IMG/VR virus record: IMGVR_UViG_3300046314_000184
Location: 1 to 45,741 of that record
DNA length: 45,741 nt
Reading direction: 5' to 3' (one strand)
Origin: a virus
Taxonomy: Duplodnaviria > Caudoviricetes
Positions within the stretch are counted from its first letter, which is position 1. The number at the start of each line of letters is the position of its first letter. The notes below the pieces were generated by a model. It had not been told where the DNA came from. It worked only from the letters and a program-made list of their open reading frames with translations, and searched no databases. This document shows positions 1 to 10,180 of the stretch, piece by piece. Made by a program: the position numbers and the translations under genes.

Positions 1-657
1 ATTCCCATCCACACCCCCGCCACCACCAACAAAATACCCGCCTGCAGCCGACCCTGTATATGCTCCACCGTTACCTATACACCCAGGAGCACCGGCAATA
101 TAACCGACCGGAGTCAACATTCTGCCATTTTGAAAAAAATAAGAACCGCCGCTGATGATCCCTAAGGAACTTGTCAATGTTCCATATTGTGTTGTAGATT
201 GTCCATAGATAGAAACATTCCCGCCGAAACCACCGGAGTAGCCCCCGGTTGTAGAAGCGGTTCCGGATTTACCAACATAATTATATAATCCACCAGAAGC
301 AGACCCGCCGGTACCAGGCGTTGCGCCGGATGCAGATGCCCCACCAGAAGCAGATAAAGAAATTCCAGTACCAGAAACGGTAGTTGTTCCTCCTGGAAGC
401 CCGCTATTACCAGCAGCACCGGCACCAATCACCAAAGTCAATGATGTTGATGCTGAAAGTGTGGAAAATGTTTGCGAAAAACCCCCAGCGCCTTCGCCAT
501 CGCCAGTACCACCACCGCCGCCGCCACCACCAATGCAAGTGATGATGTATTTTGTTGAAATTGGGGCAACAAAATTACCGGATGTCGTGATCAATACTTG
601 TCTATATAAACTACCGCCGCTTCCACCAGAACCGAAAAATTGACTTGCTGTGCTCAT
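1..657 (-). CDS. Glycine-rich tail fibre/virion protein, runs off the left edge (partial)
   Basis: Not in the ORF track. ATG at 657 reads MSTASQFFGSGGSGGSLYRQVLITTSGNFVAPISTKYIITCIGGGGGGG... and stays open to position 1; 'TSG.F.AP...CIGGGGGG' is typical of phage Gly-rich fibre domains. Confidence 0.75.
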   Translation of the reverse strand, partial: MSTASQFFGSGGSGGSLYRQVLITTSGNFVAPISTKYIITCIGGGGGGGGTGDGEGAGGFSQTFSTLSASTSLTLVIGAGAAGNSGLPGGTTTVSGTGISLSASGGASASGATPGTGGSASGGLYNYVGKSGTASTTGGYSGGFGGNVSIYGQSTTQYGTLTSSLGIISGGSYFFQNGRMLTPVGYIAGAPGCIGNGGAYTGSAAGGYFVGGGGGVDGN

Positions 658-668
658 AAAATCCCTTA

Positions 669-1140
669 TTAATGCATTACCCAACCACGTGTAGCATCAG
701 CATACACGAAAGTGACTGCGAAATTGGCGATGTCAACCGTAAAGTTTTCAGCCAATCCCATGATGTTGCTGTCATTACGAGCAACTGTAGACCCAGTTGC
801 GCCAGAACGGTCCACCAGACCAACCCATTGACCAGCAACCGGACTACCCGGTAGAGTCAGCGTATATGCAGCAGTCATGATGTATGTCATTCCACTGACC
901 GCACCCACTGGTAACTGCTGTCCCAAGAGTAACCGTATCAATGTCGCCACTGCCCAATACGGACGCCGAATTGATGGTCTTGATATTGGTGCCAGAAACC
1001 AGAACATCCTGTTTGCTGGTAGAAGAATTCAACTTGGTAATGACGGCTGCAGCCAAGTCGGCTTCAACAATCGAACCATCCTGAATTGATTCTGATGTTA
1101 TCGGCAGCGTATTTACTACCGGATTGCCTTGATATGCCAT
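669..1140 (-). pseudogene. Tail-fibre-associated virion protein split by a 1-nt frameshift (or sequencing error)
   Basis: ORF 844..1140 (MAYQGN...TLGTAVTSG) joins ORF 669..1007 (AVSGMTYIMTAAYTLTLPGSP...VYADATRGW) if one G is removed from AGTGGGTGCG at about 904-906. 'TLTLP.SP..G....VY.DATRGW' is a common phage fibre module. Confidence 0.7.
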
Positions 1141-1157
1141 CTTTAAAGACTCCTTGA

Positions 1158-1490
1158 TCAGGCAGTGATTTCCAAGACAGAGACGATTGCATCAACCGAG
1201 GCTGCAACCGAACTCTTGACTCGAATCTTATTGCCGGTCTCAACAACGACTTTCTGGTCGCCACCAATCACCACCAACGTGCCGCCCGGAGCAATTGGTG
1301 CATTCTTGATCAGGTAAAAATCAGTCGCGCCCTTGGTCAGTGTCACATCAACATTAACCAAACTGGACGCGTGGGTATTCGCCACAGACAGACCAATTGC
1401 GGTTGCTGTTACACCAGCATCGGCAGTGTATGTATCCACCAAAGAAGTCCCGATACCGGAACTACCAAAACTTTTAAATGTGTTTGCCAT
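1158..1490 (-). CDS. Conserved small virion structural protein
   Basis: 110 aa, MANTFKS...VVIGGDQKVVVETGNKIRVKS; beta-rich type seen in T4-like tail regions. Confidence 0.7.
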   Translation of the reverse strand: MANTFKSFGSSGIGTSLVDTYTADAGVTATAIGLSVANTHASSLVNVDVTLTKGATDFYLIKNAPIAPGGTLVVIGGDQKVVVETGNKIRVKSSVAASVDAIVSVLEITA

Positions 1491-1511
1491 CTTGTTTTCT
1501 TTCTACAAAAA

Positions 1512-1799
1512 TTAACCCAGAGCAATTGCCATCGGGATAGGATCGATTGCGGCAACTGCAACGGTAATCTGATTCATCACAAATTCCGTGGTTGCCACCT
1601 GAGTCGTTGCAGTCCCATTGGGTGCCGTGGGCGCAGTTGGTGTGCCCACCAGAGCAGTGTCATTTTTATCAGCCTTGGAATCAATCTCATTGTCCAAGTT
1701 GATAAAGTTCTGATCCATTTCCGCATTGGTCAGCGGAGCATTCTTGGTGGTATTGGTTGTTCCACCGGACAAGGTTCGGAGAATTAGATTTGCTGACAT
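1512..1799 (-). CDS. Small tail-fibre-related protein
   Basis: Contains PLTNAEMDQNF and the fibre repeat LVGTPTAPTAPNGTATTQVATTEFV; ends in AIALG. Confidence 0.75.
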   Translation of the reverse strand: MSANLILRTLSGGTTNTTKNAPLTNAEMDQNFINLDNEIDSKADKNDTALVGTPTAPTAPNGTATTQVATTEFVMNQITVAVAAIDPIPMAIALG

Positions 1800-1800
1800 T

Positions 1801-2004
1801 TTATTGGTCCAGTTTCTTCAAGATCAACTGCAACATGGAATGCATTTCATCCACTTTGCACTCGGTTTCTGCTACGCGAGTTTCTAACTTGATACCCGCT
1901 TTGTATCTATTTAATGCAACAGAATCGTTGACAACAATAGCTCCATTGGCATCCCTGAGCAACCCATGAACCGGGGTGCCGGATTGATCCATAATCTTCT
2001 TCAT
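1801..2004 (-). CDS. Hypothetical protein (T4-like, follows VrlC-like gene)
   Basis: 67 aa, GLLRDANGAIVVND plus a C-terminal coiled coil; its start overlaps the stop of the upstream gene. Confidence 0.7.
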   Translation of the reverse strand: MKKIMDQSGTPVHGLLRDANGAIVVNDSVALNRYKAGIKLETRVAETECKVDEMHSMLQLILKKLDQ

Positions 2005-4442
2005 GCGGCAACAACCACTCGATAATTTTTGATGAATGGAATGTCAATTGGATTTGTGGATGACAATACACACTTCAGATCATATGTGTCAAATTCAGGC
2101 AAATCCAAGAGAGTGAATTCATAATCAAAATACTGATTCTTGCGAGTGGATTTATCCCTTGGGATATCACACTTCAGGACGCGCCATGGGTTTTCGTCAT
2201 GCTGAGTTGCATCCCCAGACAGAGATGTCCTGATATACCAATCAACATTGGTCGTGGGCAGAGAATACAGATATGATGTCAGCTTAACGGCAGTCGATGT
2301 AGACGCCAGACTGATTTTCTTGGTGATATACCTGGAGTATGCATTTCCACGATTATTGATTTCGGAGTTAATCACATCAATCAATGCCTGTGCCGTTGCC
2401 TGAGTTCCTGCTGTTGGTGGGGCAATAACGATTGATGGAGGCTTGGTATACCCACTACCGGGAGTAATGGTCAGGTCGGTTATCACACCCAAAGAAATGG
2501 TGGCTGTTGCCGTTGCAGGAACAATATTTGTAGACCGGTCATTCTCGGCAGGTATAATCTCAACCAAAGGAACCCCAGCATAACCAGAACCACCATACAA
2601 TGCGGTGTATCCAACAACACCAGAAGAAGACTGAACAGAATCAACCGATTCACCGGCAGATAAGTCATTGATTGCGCTGGTATACGCCAATAGATTCAGA
2701 CCGGCGCGAGCATCAATCACCGGACTGACGTTAGGATTTGTCGTCCTGAGCAGCATATCCAATCGGACAGATCGATCATTGCTCATTCGAGCAAATTCAT
2801 TCTGACGAGATGCAATCTTCTGGTCTCCGCTACTCATATCAGTCACAGCAGACAAGACAATATCCTGCTCTGGGGAGAACCCATAAGATGGATTGGTCAA
2901 TCTGAGCTTGGCATCAATACCAGTATCCTGAACAACGGAATGTCGAATCTGAGGGGAAATAACATGCGTGGGTTTGTTGGTGGTGACCAATACAGTCACA
3001 TCAATCGGAGCGGCAGCAGATGCCCCAACACCAACCCCACCAATCAGGACAGCCGGTTGGGTGGTGTATCCAGAGCCATTGTTGGTGACGATGATCCGAG
3101 TAATCTTTCCATCATAGACTTCAGCAGTTGCAGTTGCCTGTGTCCCAGACGCTGGAGCAGCAATCGTTACCAATGGAGCCGTGGTATATCCAGAACCGGG
3201 ATTCAGAACGGCAACGCTAAACACCTTACCCGATGTCAGGATATTTCCTGTAGATGTTGCGTCGGCACCGACGTCAAACTCAACCACATAATCGTCAATT
3301 ACTCTGGTAACATTGCGATGCCCATTGAATGAGGTGCCGGGAATGCCGTTATATGACCCCAGTTCTTCAGCGGCAACAGTAATCGTATCACCAACCGAAA
3401 GACCATGTTGCTGAAGACCTTTCAGGATAACCTTGGAAGAACCATTTGTGGTATAGAATCTCTCACCTTTATACAGGCGAGTTGGAGCCGACCCAACCAA
3501 CGTCAGATTGCCAGATGCAGTTTTGAACTCTGCCTTGTAGATGTTAAACTTGACATCCTCAAATTGTTCAGCAGTCCATGTGGAGTTGTTCTGGGACTTG
3601 AACATAGAGCCGGTATATGGCTGTTCAAAGATAATTGTATCGGTTTCCAGAGAGCGCTCACCCATTGCTGAAGTGAACACCGTGTATTTCCCAGTATTGG
3701 CGGCAACAACAAAACAATAATCCTTGTCTTCTGCCAGATATACAGGAACCGGGAATCGAAACACCGTCCCCACAGATGAATCACTGGATGTATTGACCTG
3801 AAACGGCAGCAGAGTGGAAACCAAGTCCGTAGAATTTGACTTCATTGGTGCTGGATACCCATTGATCATTTCTCGCAATTCAACCCAGACAGGCATGGTT
3901 GTATCTTTAGCCTGAAAGAAAAGTTCAATTGCGGTCACAAAGATGCCGCCCTTGGCACCATATGTAAAGAACGACTGAGCCAGAGGGTCGCTGGAATACG
4001 TCTGAGTTACGAAATTCTCAATGGTCGTGGTGTGAGTGGTTACCGTCTGATAAACTTCTTGGGTTCCCTTGGTTGTATATACAGCAGTTGCCGACCCATA
4101 CACATTCCCACCGATTTTCAGAAGTTCCAAGTCAGCAACATCAGACACAGTAATCGTCTTGGTTCCGGTTCGATATGTCCCTCCGGAAATGAAGAACGAG
4201 AAGTTTGCTCTGCCAGCAGCATCGGAAACAATTTCCCTATCAGCAGCAGGAAGCCCACTTGGGTATGTGGTGTCTGTATGTCCGGGGGCACAGAATGCAG
4301 TCACATCCACCGAGTCAAAGAACACATACAGGCGAGTGTTTGGACGAACATCCGAAAGGGTGCAGCGAACCACACTCTCCCGGATATAAAGGATTGCCTG
4401 AGAATCTACAAGACTGCGAACGGAAGATGTGCTGGTTGCCAT
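2001..4442 (-). CDS. Virion structural protein (C-terminal half of a VrlC/DUF4815-type baseplate-associated protein)
   Basis: 813 aa; RPNTRLYVFFD, DPLAQSFF, EQPYTGSMFKSQNNSTW and V.NPGSGYT repeats. Confidence 0.8.
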   Translation of the reverse strand: MATSTSSVRSLVDSQAILYIRESVVRCTLSDVRPNTRLYVFFDSVDVTAFCAPGHTDTTYPSGLPAADREIVSDAAGRANFSFFISGGTYRTGTKTITVSDVADLELLKIGGNVYGSATAVYTTKGTQEVYQTVTTHTTTIENFVTQTYSSDPLAQSFFTYGAKGGIFVTAIELFFQAKDTTMPVWVELREMINGYPAPMKSNSTDLVSTLLPFQVNTSSDSSVGTVFRFPVPVYLAEDKDYCFVVAANTGKYTVFTSAMGERSLETDTIIFEQPYTGSMFKSQNNSTWTAEQFEDVKFNIYKAEFKTASGNLTLVGSAPTRLYKGERFYTTNGSSKVILKGLQQHGLSVGDTITVAAEELGSYNGIPGTSFNGHRNVTRVIDDYVVEFDVGADATSTGNILTSGKVFSVAVLNPGSGYTTAPLVTIAAPASGTQATATAEVYDGKITRIIVTNNGSGYTTQPAVLIGGVGVGASAAAPIDVTVLVTTNKPTHVISPQIRHSVVQDTGIDAKLRLTNPSYGFSPEQDIVLSAVTDMSSGDQKIASRQNEFARMSNDRSVRLDMLLRTTNPNVSPVIDARAGLNLLAYTSAINDLSAGESVDSVQSSSGVVGYTALYGGSGYAGVPLVEIIPAENDRSTNIVPATATATISLGVITDLTITPGSGYTKPPSIVIAPPTAGTQATAQALIDVINSEINNRGNAYSRYITKKISLASTSTAVKLTSYLYSLPTTNVDWYIRTSLSGDATQHDENPWRVLKCDIPRDKSTRKNQYFDYEFTLLDLPEFDTYDLKCVLSSTNPIDIPFIKNYRVVVAA

Positions 4443-4490
4443 AATTTCAAAAATTTCGGATTGTTGATTGGTTATTTACCACACATGGGA

Positions 4491-7400
4491 TTAATCCCCA
4501 CCATCACTACCTCCACCATAGAATCCATCATATCCACCGTCACCACCAGGATCGGCCCCGCCAGCAAATGCATCCGTTGAGTTGAAACCCTCCATACCAC
4601 TACCGGAGTCCCAATTACCGTTGTCTCCAACAGTAAACGTCCCACCTTCACCATCAGTGACCGTCATGCCATTGTCATACCATGACCATTGGTTTGCTGG
4701 TTCCGTAACGGGGAAAGATGTATCGCTGGTGCCGGGGCCGAATCCACCAACAGGCTCTGCAACCGGAGCAGGAGCAGGAGCAGGCCCAACCACAACTGGA
4801 GTCTCAACAAACAGAGGCGCAATGTTGTTTGTCTCAAAGACCGGAACTGGTGCTGGAACAGGCCCAATCGTGAATGCCGGAGTAGTCCAATTGGTAGGAA
4901 TTGTTGGAACCGCAGGAGCAGGGGTCGGCGGCGTTCTGGGGACGCTAACCCAAATTGTCGTCGTTACAGTGTTTGTCACATTGTTGACAATCTCAGGGCG
5001 ATCCAACACATCAACCCATACATCACCATTTGGAACCAGAGTCATTGCGCCATTGAATCCAATGACGCTGAAAGGATTGACGCTGGTTATCTTTGACGAT
5101 ACACCAACCGATGCAAACACCTTGTCATAGTAAGGCAGAGTGATCACGCCATTTGTATTGAACAGACCAGACCCTGTAAACAGAGGGGTCGTCTGGGAAA
5201 TCAATCCGACCGTGTTGGTGTTGACCACACCAATTCCAGTATCAATCGGAGCAACCGGAACAATGTCTTCTTCCATCTTGGCGGTGATGCCAAACCGGGC
5301 ATTTAAAGAGGCTGTAAAGCCCTCAGAAGACGCGCTGGCAACTTGGAAGGGGTTAGCCATTGACTCAACCAAATAACCCGTTTTAAAGCGATCCAAGCCC
5401 GTTGCTGCGTCAATAAATGGGGTGTTTGTAACATCCGATTCGGCGGCACTCAACATCGAATACTGTTCGACGTTAAGAATGCGACTTTCCAAGGATGCGA
5501 CTTTCTCCATCGTATACCGAGTAATCGCCACTCTCTTGAATCGAATGGTGTTCAGTCGATAGGTGTATGCCGGAACAAAAGCATGTGCCAATGCATATAA
5601 TGTGGTTGGGACAACAGGGGCCTTTGGATTATCGGATGGAGTGCCGTTTACAACAACCATTGCCCCCTGCTTGTCAATACAGACCACATCAATCCGGGGG
5701 ACATACTTCTGGACACTGGTTGTAATGAAGGTATCTGGAACCACTGCACTGGAGGACATGCCAACCGTTTTGCGGAAGTCAATCGAATCCCGCAGGGAAT
5801 ATGTCCGCCCAGTATAGGACGATCGATAGGATGGGATCAGGTCATTATCCAATGAAGATGGATATGAGTCAACGCTGAAGAAATCCCCAGCCGAATGACT
5901 GAAGTATTTGTAGGTGACCAACATAGAGCCGGTTGGCGTGGTGAAGCCATTCTTCAGACTCAGAGATGAAATACCATACTCCGAGTCAGTCTGTCCATTA
6001 TTCAGAGAGAATCTGCTGGTTACATCCACACCATCCAAGATAATGGTATCAATCTGATAGACATCAGCATGAGAAAGCATAACCGAGTTACCGGCAGCAT
6101 AGGCTCCGCTATGGGTGGTTATTGTCTTGATGCGTGGAATTGCATCATTCTTCTGAACCTGACAATAAATCGTCACACCACCGGCAGGGGCTGCAGTTGT
6201 TCTATTAACCGTCGTGCCACCAGAACCCATCGAATACAATGAATTGGTATCAACTCCGGTATTGGTCAATGCAATAAAGGTTCCTGTTTCGATAGGAACC
6301 AATGTCCCAGAGGATACCGAAGCAGTAGTTCCGCCAGACGGAATTGACAAAACCACCCAGTTGGTGAATTCCATGTCATATGTGTTGGTGGCATCTTTCA
6401 ATGCCTTGGTTGCTCTATTTGGCAGAGAGAAAACCAATGACCCTGAACCAGTCTTTCCGATCATGGTCTTGGATTGGATTGTGGATGTTGCATTGGGACC
6501 AACGACTGTATCACCAGCCTTGGGGGCAGTAGTGGCGCTGTGTTTATGCGCATACAGCATACCCGATACAGTATCATAGAAACTGACGGTAGCAACCCGA
6601 TCGGTTCCGTTGAACGTAATCACATCACCCGCAACAAAAGCACCCGCAGTCACGGGAGCAGAGTATTCTCCAACTACCTTGGACACAAAGTTAGCAGATG
6701 CCATGCGAACTGAGCCAATATCATCATATGAACCGGTTGTCAACACCAAGTCTGTGATATAAAGTTTATAGATGGGATGCAGAGAGCCATCGCCAACCAA
6801 GTAATCCAGACCCAATACCTTGGCGGTTCCCAATTGATTGCCACCGGAAACATCGGATGTATCCCAGAGTTGGATGGTTTCGCGAGATTGGATATCCAAT
6901 GCGCCCCTTGGATCAGAGACCATCAAGAACTGACCCCACGATGGCTTGATGGTAACTTTATCCTGCATCACATGAGGCAGAGTCCGAGCTTTGTCTTGGA
7001 TGCTGCGCTTGCCCGCCAGATTTTCCACAGCCAATCCACGAACGTATGCTTTACCAGCAGTCAGTTCATAGGAAAACTTACCATAATCACCATCAACAAA
7101 CAACCCACCATTGACGCCATCTTTTTTGTGTTCACGGACACTAACCTTCAGGCCATTGACCACATAGTCGCCGGATTCATCATAAGTCCTCTGAGCCAGA
7201 GACTTCTCAAATTCAGAATACTTTGGTGTGTTGAAATGCTCCAGCAACTCGCCGTTGTCATACCGCATCAACTCAACATAGTCTTCGGTCAGTGCGCTAC
7301 CCAGAGGAAGTGTGGTCAATTCCAATGACAATTTCAGACGATCAGCACCGGGAGCGGCAAAGTTGTAGCTACCTTGCGCCGGATCAAGAAGAGTCTCATC

Positions 7401-8054
7401 CTCAGAATTATCAACAATAACCTGATTGATCTTAAACAGGACATGACAGTGAGGAATGCTATTGTATTTGGATATGACAATAGATTGCTTGGGAGTAGAA
7501 ACAAATGTTCCGTTGACATAATAGACCCCGGCATTGACAAACGCCATAGACCCAGTTCCGGTTGCTCCGGAAGTCTGAGAATATGTGGCGATTGTGGGGA
7601 TTGATTCAATCCGAATGATCTCATTGGAATCAAACGCCAATTTACCATTGGGAACACCGCCGGTTGTGCCGCCAGAGGTATAGCTCAGATACAGAGTTGC
7701 TGGGTCGGTGTCGGTAGCCGCCACATATTTCTTGACAAACGCCTTGACACCAGAGGAATCACCAACAACAATCCGACCCTCAAACAGGCTGAAGTCAACA
7801 ACGGAACCGTTGTATGTGGATGTAACTTTGACAAAAGGAACAATCAATTCAGAAAAAGAATTTCCGGGAATGACCAAAGATCCCTGACGAAAAACATGAT
7901 TACCAAATTGAGCAATCTGGTTACGCAGAATCGTCTGACTCTGAGTCAGTTCACGAGCCTGAACAGGCAACCCCGGCTTGAAAAGAATCTGATGATAATT
8001 CTTCAGAGGGTCAAAGTCATCGAAATATGGGGTCGTGTTTAGCGGCTGTGCCAT
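4491..8054 (-). CDS. VrlC/DUF4815-like large virion structural protein
   Basis: 1187 aa; PYFDDFD..KNYHQILFKPG.PVQARELTQ.Q, APGADRLK, RTYDESGDY and DRFKTG motifs. Confidence 0.85.
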   Translation of the reverse strand: MAQPLNTTPYFDDFDPLKNYHQILFKPGLPVQARELTQSQTILRNQIAQFGNHVFRQGSLVIPGNSFSELIVPFVKVTSTYNGSVVDFSLFEGRIVVGDSSGVKAFVKKYVAATDTDPATLYLSYTSGGTTGGVPNGKLAFDSNEIIRIESIPTIATYSQTSGATGTGSMAFVNAGVYYVNGTFVSTPKQSIVISKYNSIPHCHVLFKINQVIVDNSEDETLLDPAQGSYNFAAPGADRLKLSLELTTLPLGSALTEDYVELMRYDNGELLEHFNTPKYSEFEKSLAQRTYDESGDYVVNGLKVSVREHKKDGVNGGLFVDGDYGKFSYELTAGKAYVRGLAVENLAGKRSIQDKARTLPHVMQDKVTIKPSWGQFLMVSDPRGALDIQSRETIQLWDTSDVSGGNQLGTAKVLGLDYLVGDGSLHPIYKLYITDLVLTTGSYDDIGSVRMASANFVSKVVGEYSAPVTAGAFVAGDVITFNGTDRVATVSFYDTVSGMLYAHKHSATTAPKAGDTVVGPNATSTIQSKTMIGKTGSGSLVFSLPNRATKALKDATNTYDMEFTNWVVLSIPSGGTTASVSSGTLVPIETGTFIALTNTGVDTNSLYSMGSGGTTVNRTTAAPAGGVTIYCQVQKNDAIPRIKTITTHSGAYAAGNSVMLSHADVYQIDTIILDGVDVTSRFSLNNGQTDSEYGISSLSLKNGFTTPTGSMLVTYKYFSHSAGDFFSVDSYPSSLDNDLIPSYRSSYTGRTYSLRDSIDFRKTVGMSSSAVVPDTFITTSVQKYVPRIDVVCIDKQGAMVVVNGTPSDNPKAPVVPTTLYALAHAFVPAYTYRLNTIRFKRVAITRYTMEKVASLESRILNVEQYSMLSAAESDVTNTPFIDAATGLDRFKTGYLVESMANPFQVASASSEGFTASLNARFGITAKMEEDIVPVAPIDTGIGVVNTNTVGLISQTTPLFTGSGLFNTNGVITLPYYDKVFASVGVSSKITSVNPFSVIGFNGAMTLVPNGDVWVDVLDRPEIVNNVTNTVTTTIWVSVPRTPPTPAPAVPTIPTNWTTPAFTIGPVPAPVPVFETNNIAPLFVETPVVVGPAPAPAPVAEPVGGFGPGTSDTSFPVTEPANQWSWYDNGMTVTDGEGGTFTVGDNGNWDSGSGMEGFNSTDAFAGGADPGGDGGYDGFYGGGSDGGD

Positions 8055-8066
8055 CTGAATTATTCT

Positions 8067-10151
8067 TTACAGTGTAATGGTTGTCTTGACCAAGATGTTC
8101 TGCTCATCGGTTATGATGAAAGGAACCTCGTCGGAAATATAAAGTAGCTTTCCGGAGTATTTATCCAGTAAGGGCACACTCAGGATGTTCTTGACCAGAT
8201 AGGAGCGTCCAGTATCTATTTCCGCTGCCAGAGAATCAATTGCCGCATTCCTGTCCGTCAGTCTCTGGATAGTAACGGTGGTTGCTGCCTGATCAATCGA
8301 CACCACTCTATATCGAATTCCATTGCTGACCAGAATCTCATCCTCAACTAAACCAGCAACACCATCCAATCCAATCACATAAACTGCCAAGTTGGCCTCA
8401 AGTTTAAACTTGCGTCCAGAATTCAGATATGCTGGATTCTTCAGAATGCCATACTGGCGATATTCTTGTTCGGTCTGGAACTTTTCCATACCATGCTCTT
8501 TTTTCATGGTGGAGACAATTGCAACTTTCCGACCGTTCAATTCGGAAACGGCATCTCTGCCATGTCCACGATGGGGAGGCAGAATGATATATGCGGACGC
8601 ATCAACAGAACCCAGTGGAGCAACGGGTCGCAATGGGTCATTGAAGACAACCGTTGCTGTAGAATACTCAGAGCCAACGGAATCAACAACGACTTCGGTG
8701 ATTACCCCATTGACCATCTCCAAGTGAGCCGTGCAGCCAACACCATCACCAACAACGGATACCGTGGTTCCGATGGAGTAATTTGTCCCGCCATTGGTCA
8801 ATTGAATTGAGTAAATCGCACCGGGAACTGCAGTCTGCTCAACAATGGATTGGTTGGATTGGAAGTCAGATGTTGACGTGATTGGCTTCAATGTTGCGCC
8901 GGTTCCAGATCCATAAATGACGGTCTGGATGAATGTATATCCAGTTCCGGCATTTTCTACAATAACAGATACCAACTCACCATTATAAACCACTGGAGTC
9001 AGGACAGCGCCTTCGCCATCGCCAGCCACGGTAATTGTTGTTGCAAAATCCGTTGGGTAGTCTTTTCCGGGATCTTGAATAACCACCCGGACAATCTTCC
9101 CATCAACCACCACTGCAGTCATCAGCGCAGTAGGATTACCAAAGGCACCTGTCCCCGGAGTAGCCCCCGGAGCAACACCAACAGTCAGCAGCGGAGCCGA
9201 AGAATAACCAGAACCAGCATCAACAATGGTCACATCCAAAATTTCCCCGGTTGTTCTGGAAATCTGAGGAACCAATACAGCCCCTCCGATAACAGCCGAT
9301 ATGGTATCCGACGTTGTATATCCAACACCGCCATTGGTTACGGTTACTGATTGAACAACACCACCAACAATAATGGGGGTCAGTTCAGCACCAACGCCGA
9401 ATGCAGTATTGGTGACTCTAACATCACATCCAGCAGAATATCCAACACCGCCATTGGTTACGGTTACTGATTGAATAGAACCTGTCAGTGGATGAACCAC
9501 CAAACCAAATGTTGCACCGGACCCAGAAGCACCAGTATTATCAACCGCAATGTATGTCATCTGAACATCGGAATATCCAGAGCCACCATTGGTCACCAAT
9601 ACGCGCTCAATCGCGCCCCTGTCATAGAACGAGTCAGACAGTGCCGTCTGCACCGGCATGTTAGTCAGGGAAAGAAACTTGGTTCTTTTAAACGGGGGGA
9701 TACTATACATGAATTTCCATGTGTATCCATCGGCAGTCTTGGTATGGCTGAATGATTGTCCGGTTGGCTTAACCGTAGACTGAGCGCCACTTTTATTGTC
9801 CAAGCACTTATAGACGTTGTATTCATCGGTCATGCAATAGAATTGCTTTCCGTTCATATCAGAAGTATGATCCCACTTGTCAAACACGGTTCCCGTCTGC
9901 CAGTTATAACGAGTCGTCACCAAGGAAACATCGTTGTGTGATATTTTCCTGAAGTAAAGGGCGTTTGATCTCAAGGCAAAATCAATCTGAGATGAATTCG
10001 GCTGTGGGGATGTCCCCGGAACATCCAAACCTCCCCATGCGTCAACCTTACCCAAAAAGTAATAATACGTGGAATTCAGTAGCTGAATATCATCCAAGAA
10101 GGCATTAGCCAACTCGGTGTGAAATTCGCCCCTAAGCGATTGTGTTGCCAT
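8067..10151 (-). CDS. gp8: Baseplate wedge protein gp8-like
   Basis: RYNW..G, FYCMTDEYNVYKCLDN, TADGYTWKFMY, GHG.DAV.EL, YRQYGILKNP, DKYSGKLLY; internal NGG.GY repeats. Confidence 0.85.
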   Translation of the reverse strand: MATQSLRGEFHTELANAFLDDIQLLNSTYYYFLGKVDAWGGLDVPGTSPQPNSSQIDFALRSNALYFRKISHNDVSLVTTRYNWQTGTVFDKWDHTSDMNGKQFYCMTDEYNVYKCLDNKSGAQSTVKPTGQSFSHTKTADGYTWKFMYSIPPFKRTKFLSLTNMPVQTALSDSFYDRGAIERVLVTNGGSGYSDVQMTYIAVDNTGASGSGATFGLVVHPLTGSIQSVTVTNGGVGYSAGCDVRVTNTAFGVGAELTPIIVGGVVQSVTVTNGGVGYTTSDTISAVIGGAVLVPQISRTTGEILDVTIVDAGSGYSSAPLLTVGVAPGATPGTGAFGNPTALMTAVVVDGKIVRVVIQDPGKDYPTDFATTITVAGDGEGAVLTPVVYNGELVSVIVENAGTGYTFIQTVIYGSGTGATLKPITSTSDFQSNQSIVEQTAVPGAIYSIQLTNGGTNYSIGTTVSVVGDGVGCTAHLEMVNGVITEVVVDSVGSEYSTATVVFNDPLRPVAPLGSVDASAYIILPPHRGHGRDAVSELNGRKVAIVSTMKKEHGMEKFQTEQEYRQYGILKNPAYLNSGRKFKLEANLAVYVIGLDGVAGLVEDEILVSNGIRYRVVSIDQAATTVTIQRLTDRNAAIDSLAAEIDTGRSYLVKNILSVPLLDKYSGKLLYISDEVPFIITDEQNILVKTTITL
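9318..9475. repeat. Exact 38-bp direct repeat within gp8 (9318-9355 and 9438-9475)
   Basis: ATATCCAACACCGCCATTGGTTACGGTTACTGATTGAA occurs twice, 120 bp apart, and encodes QSVTVTNGGVGY on the minus strand. Confidence 0.9.
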
Positions 10152-10180
10152 TCAGCCCCCTCTCGTATGTCTTTTGGAAA

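Noticed and set aside
461-643. Proline-rich + strand ORF
   Set aside because: It is the antisense reading of the poly-glycine codons of the minus-strand fibre gene.
9318-9475. Template/variable repeat pair of a diversity-generating retroelement
   Set aside because: The copies are short and identical with no adenine-specific mismatches, and there is no reverse transcriptase in the window.
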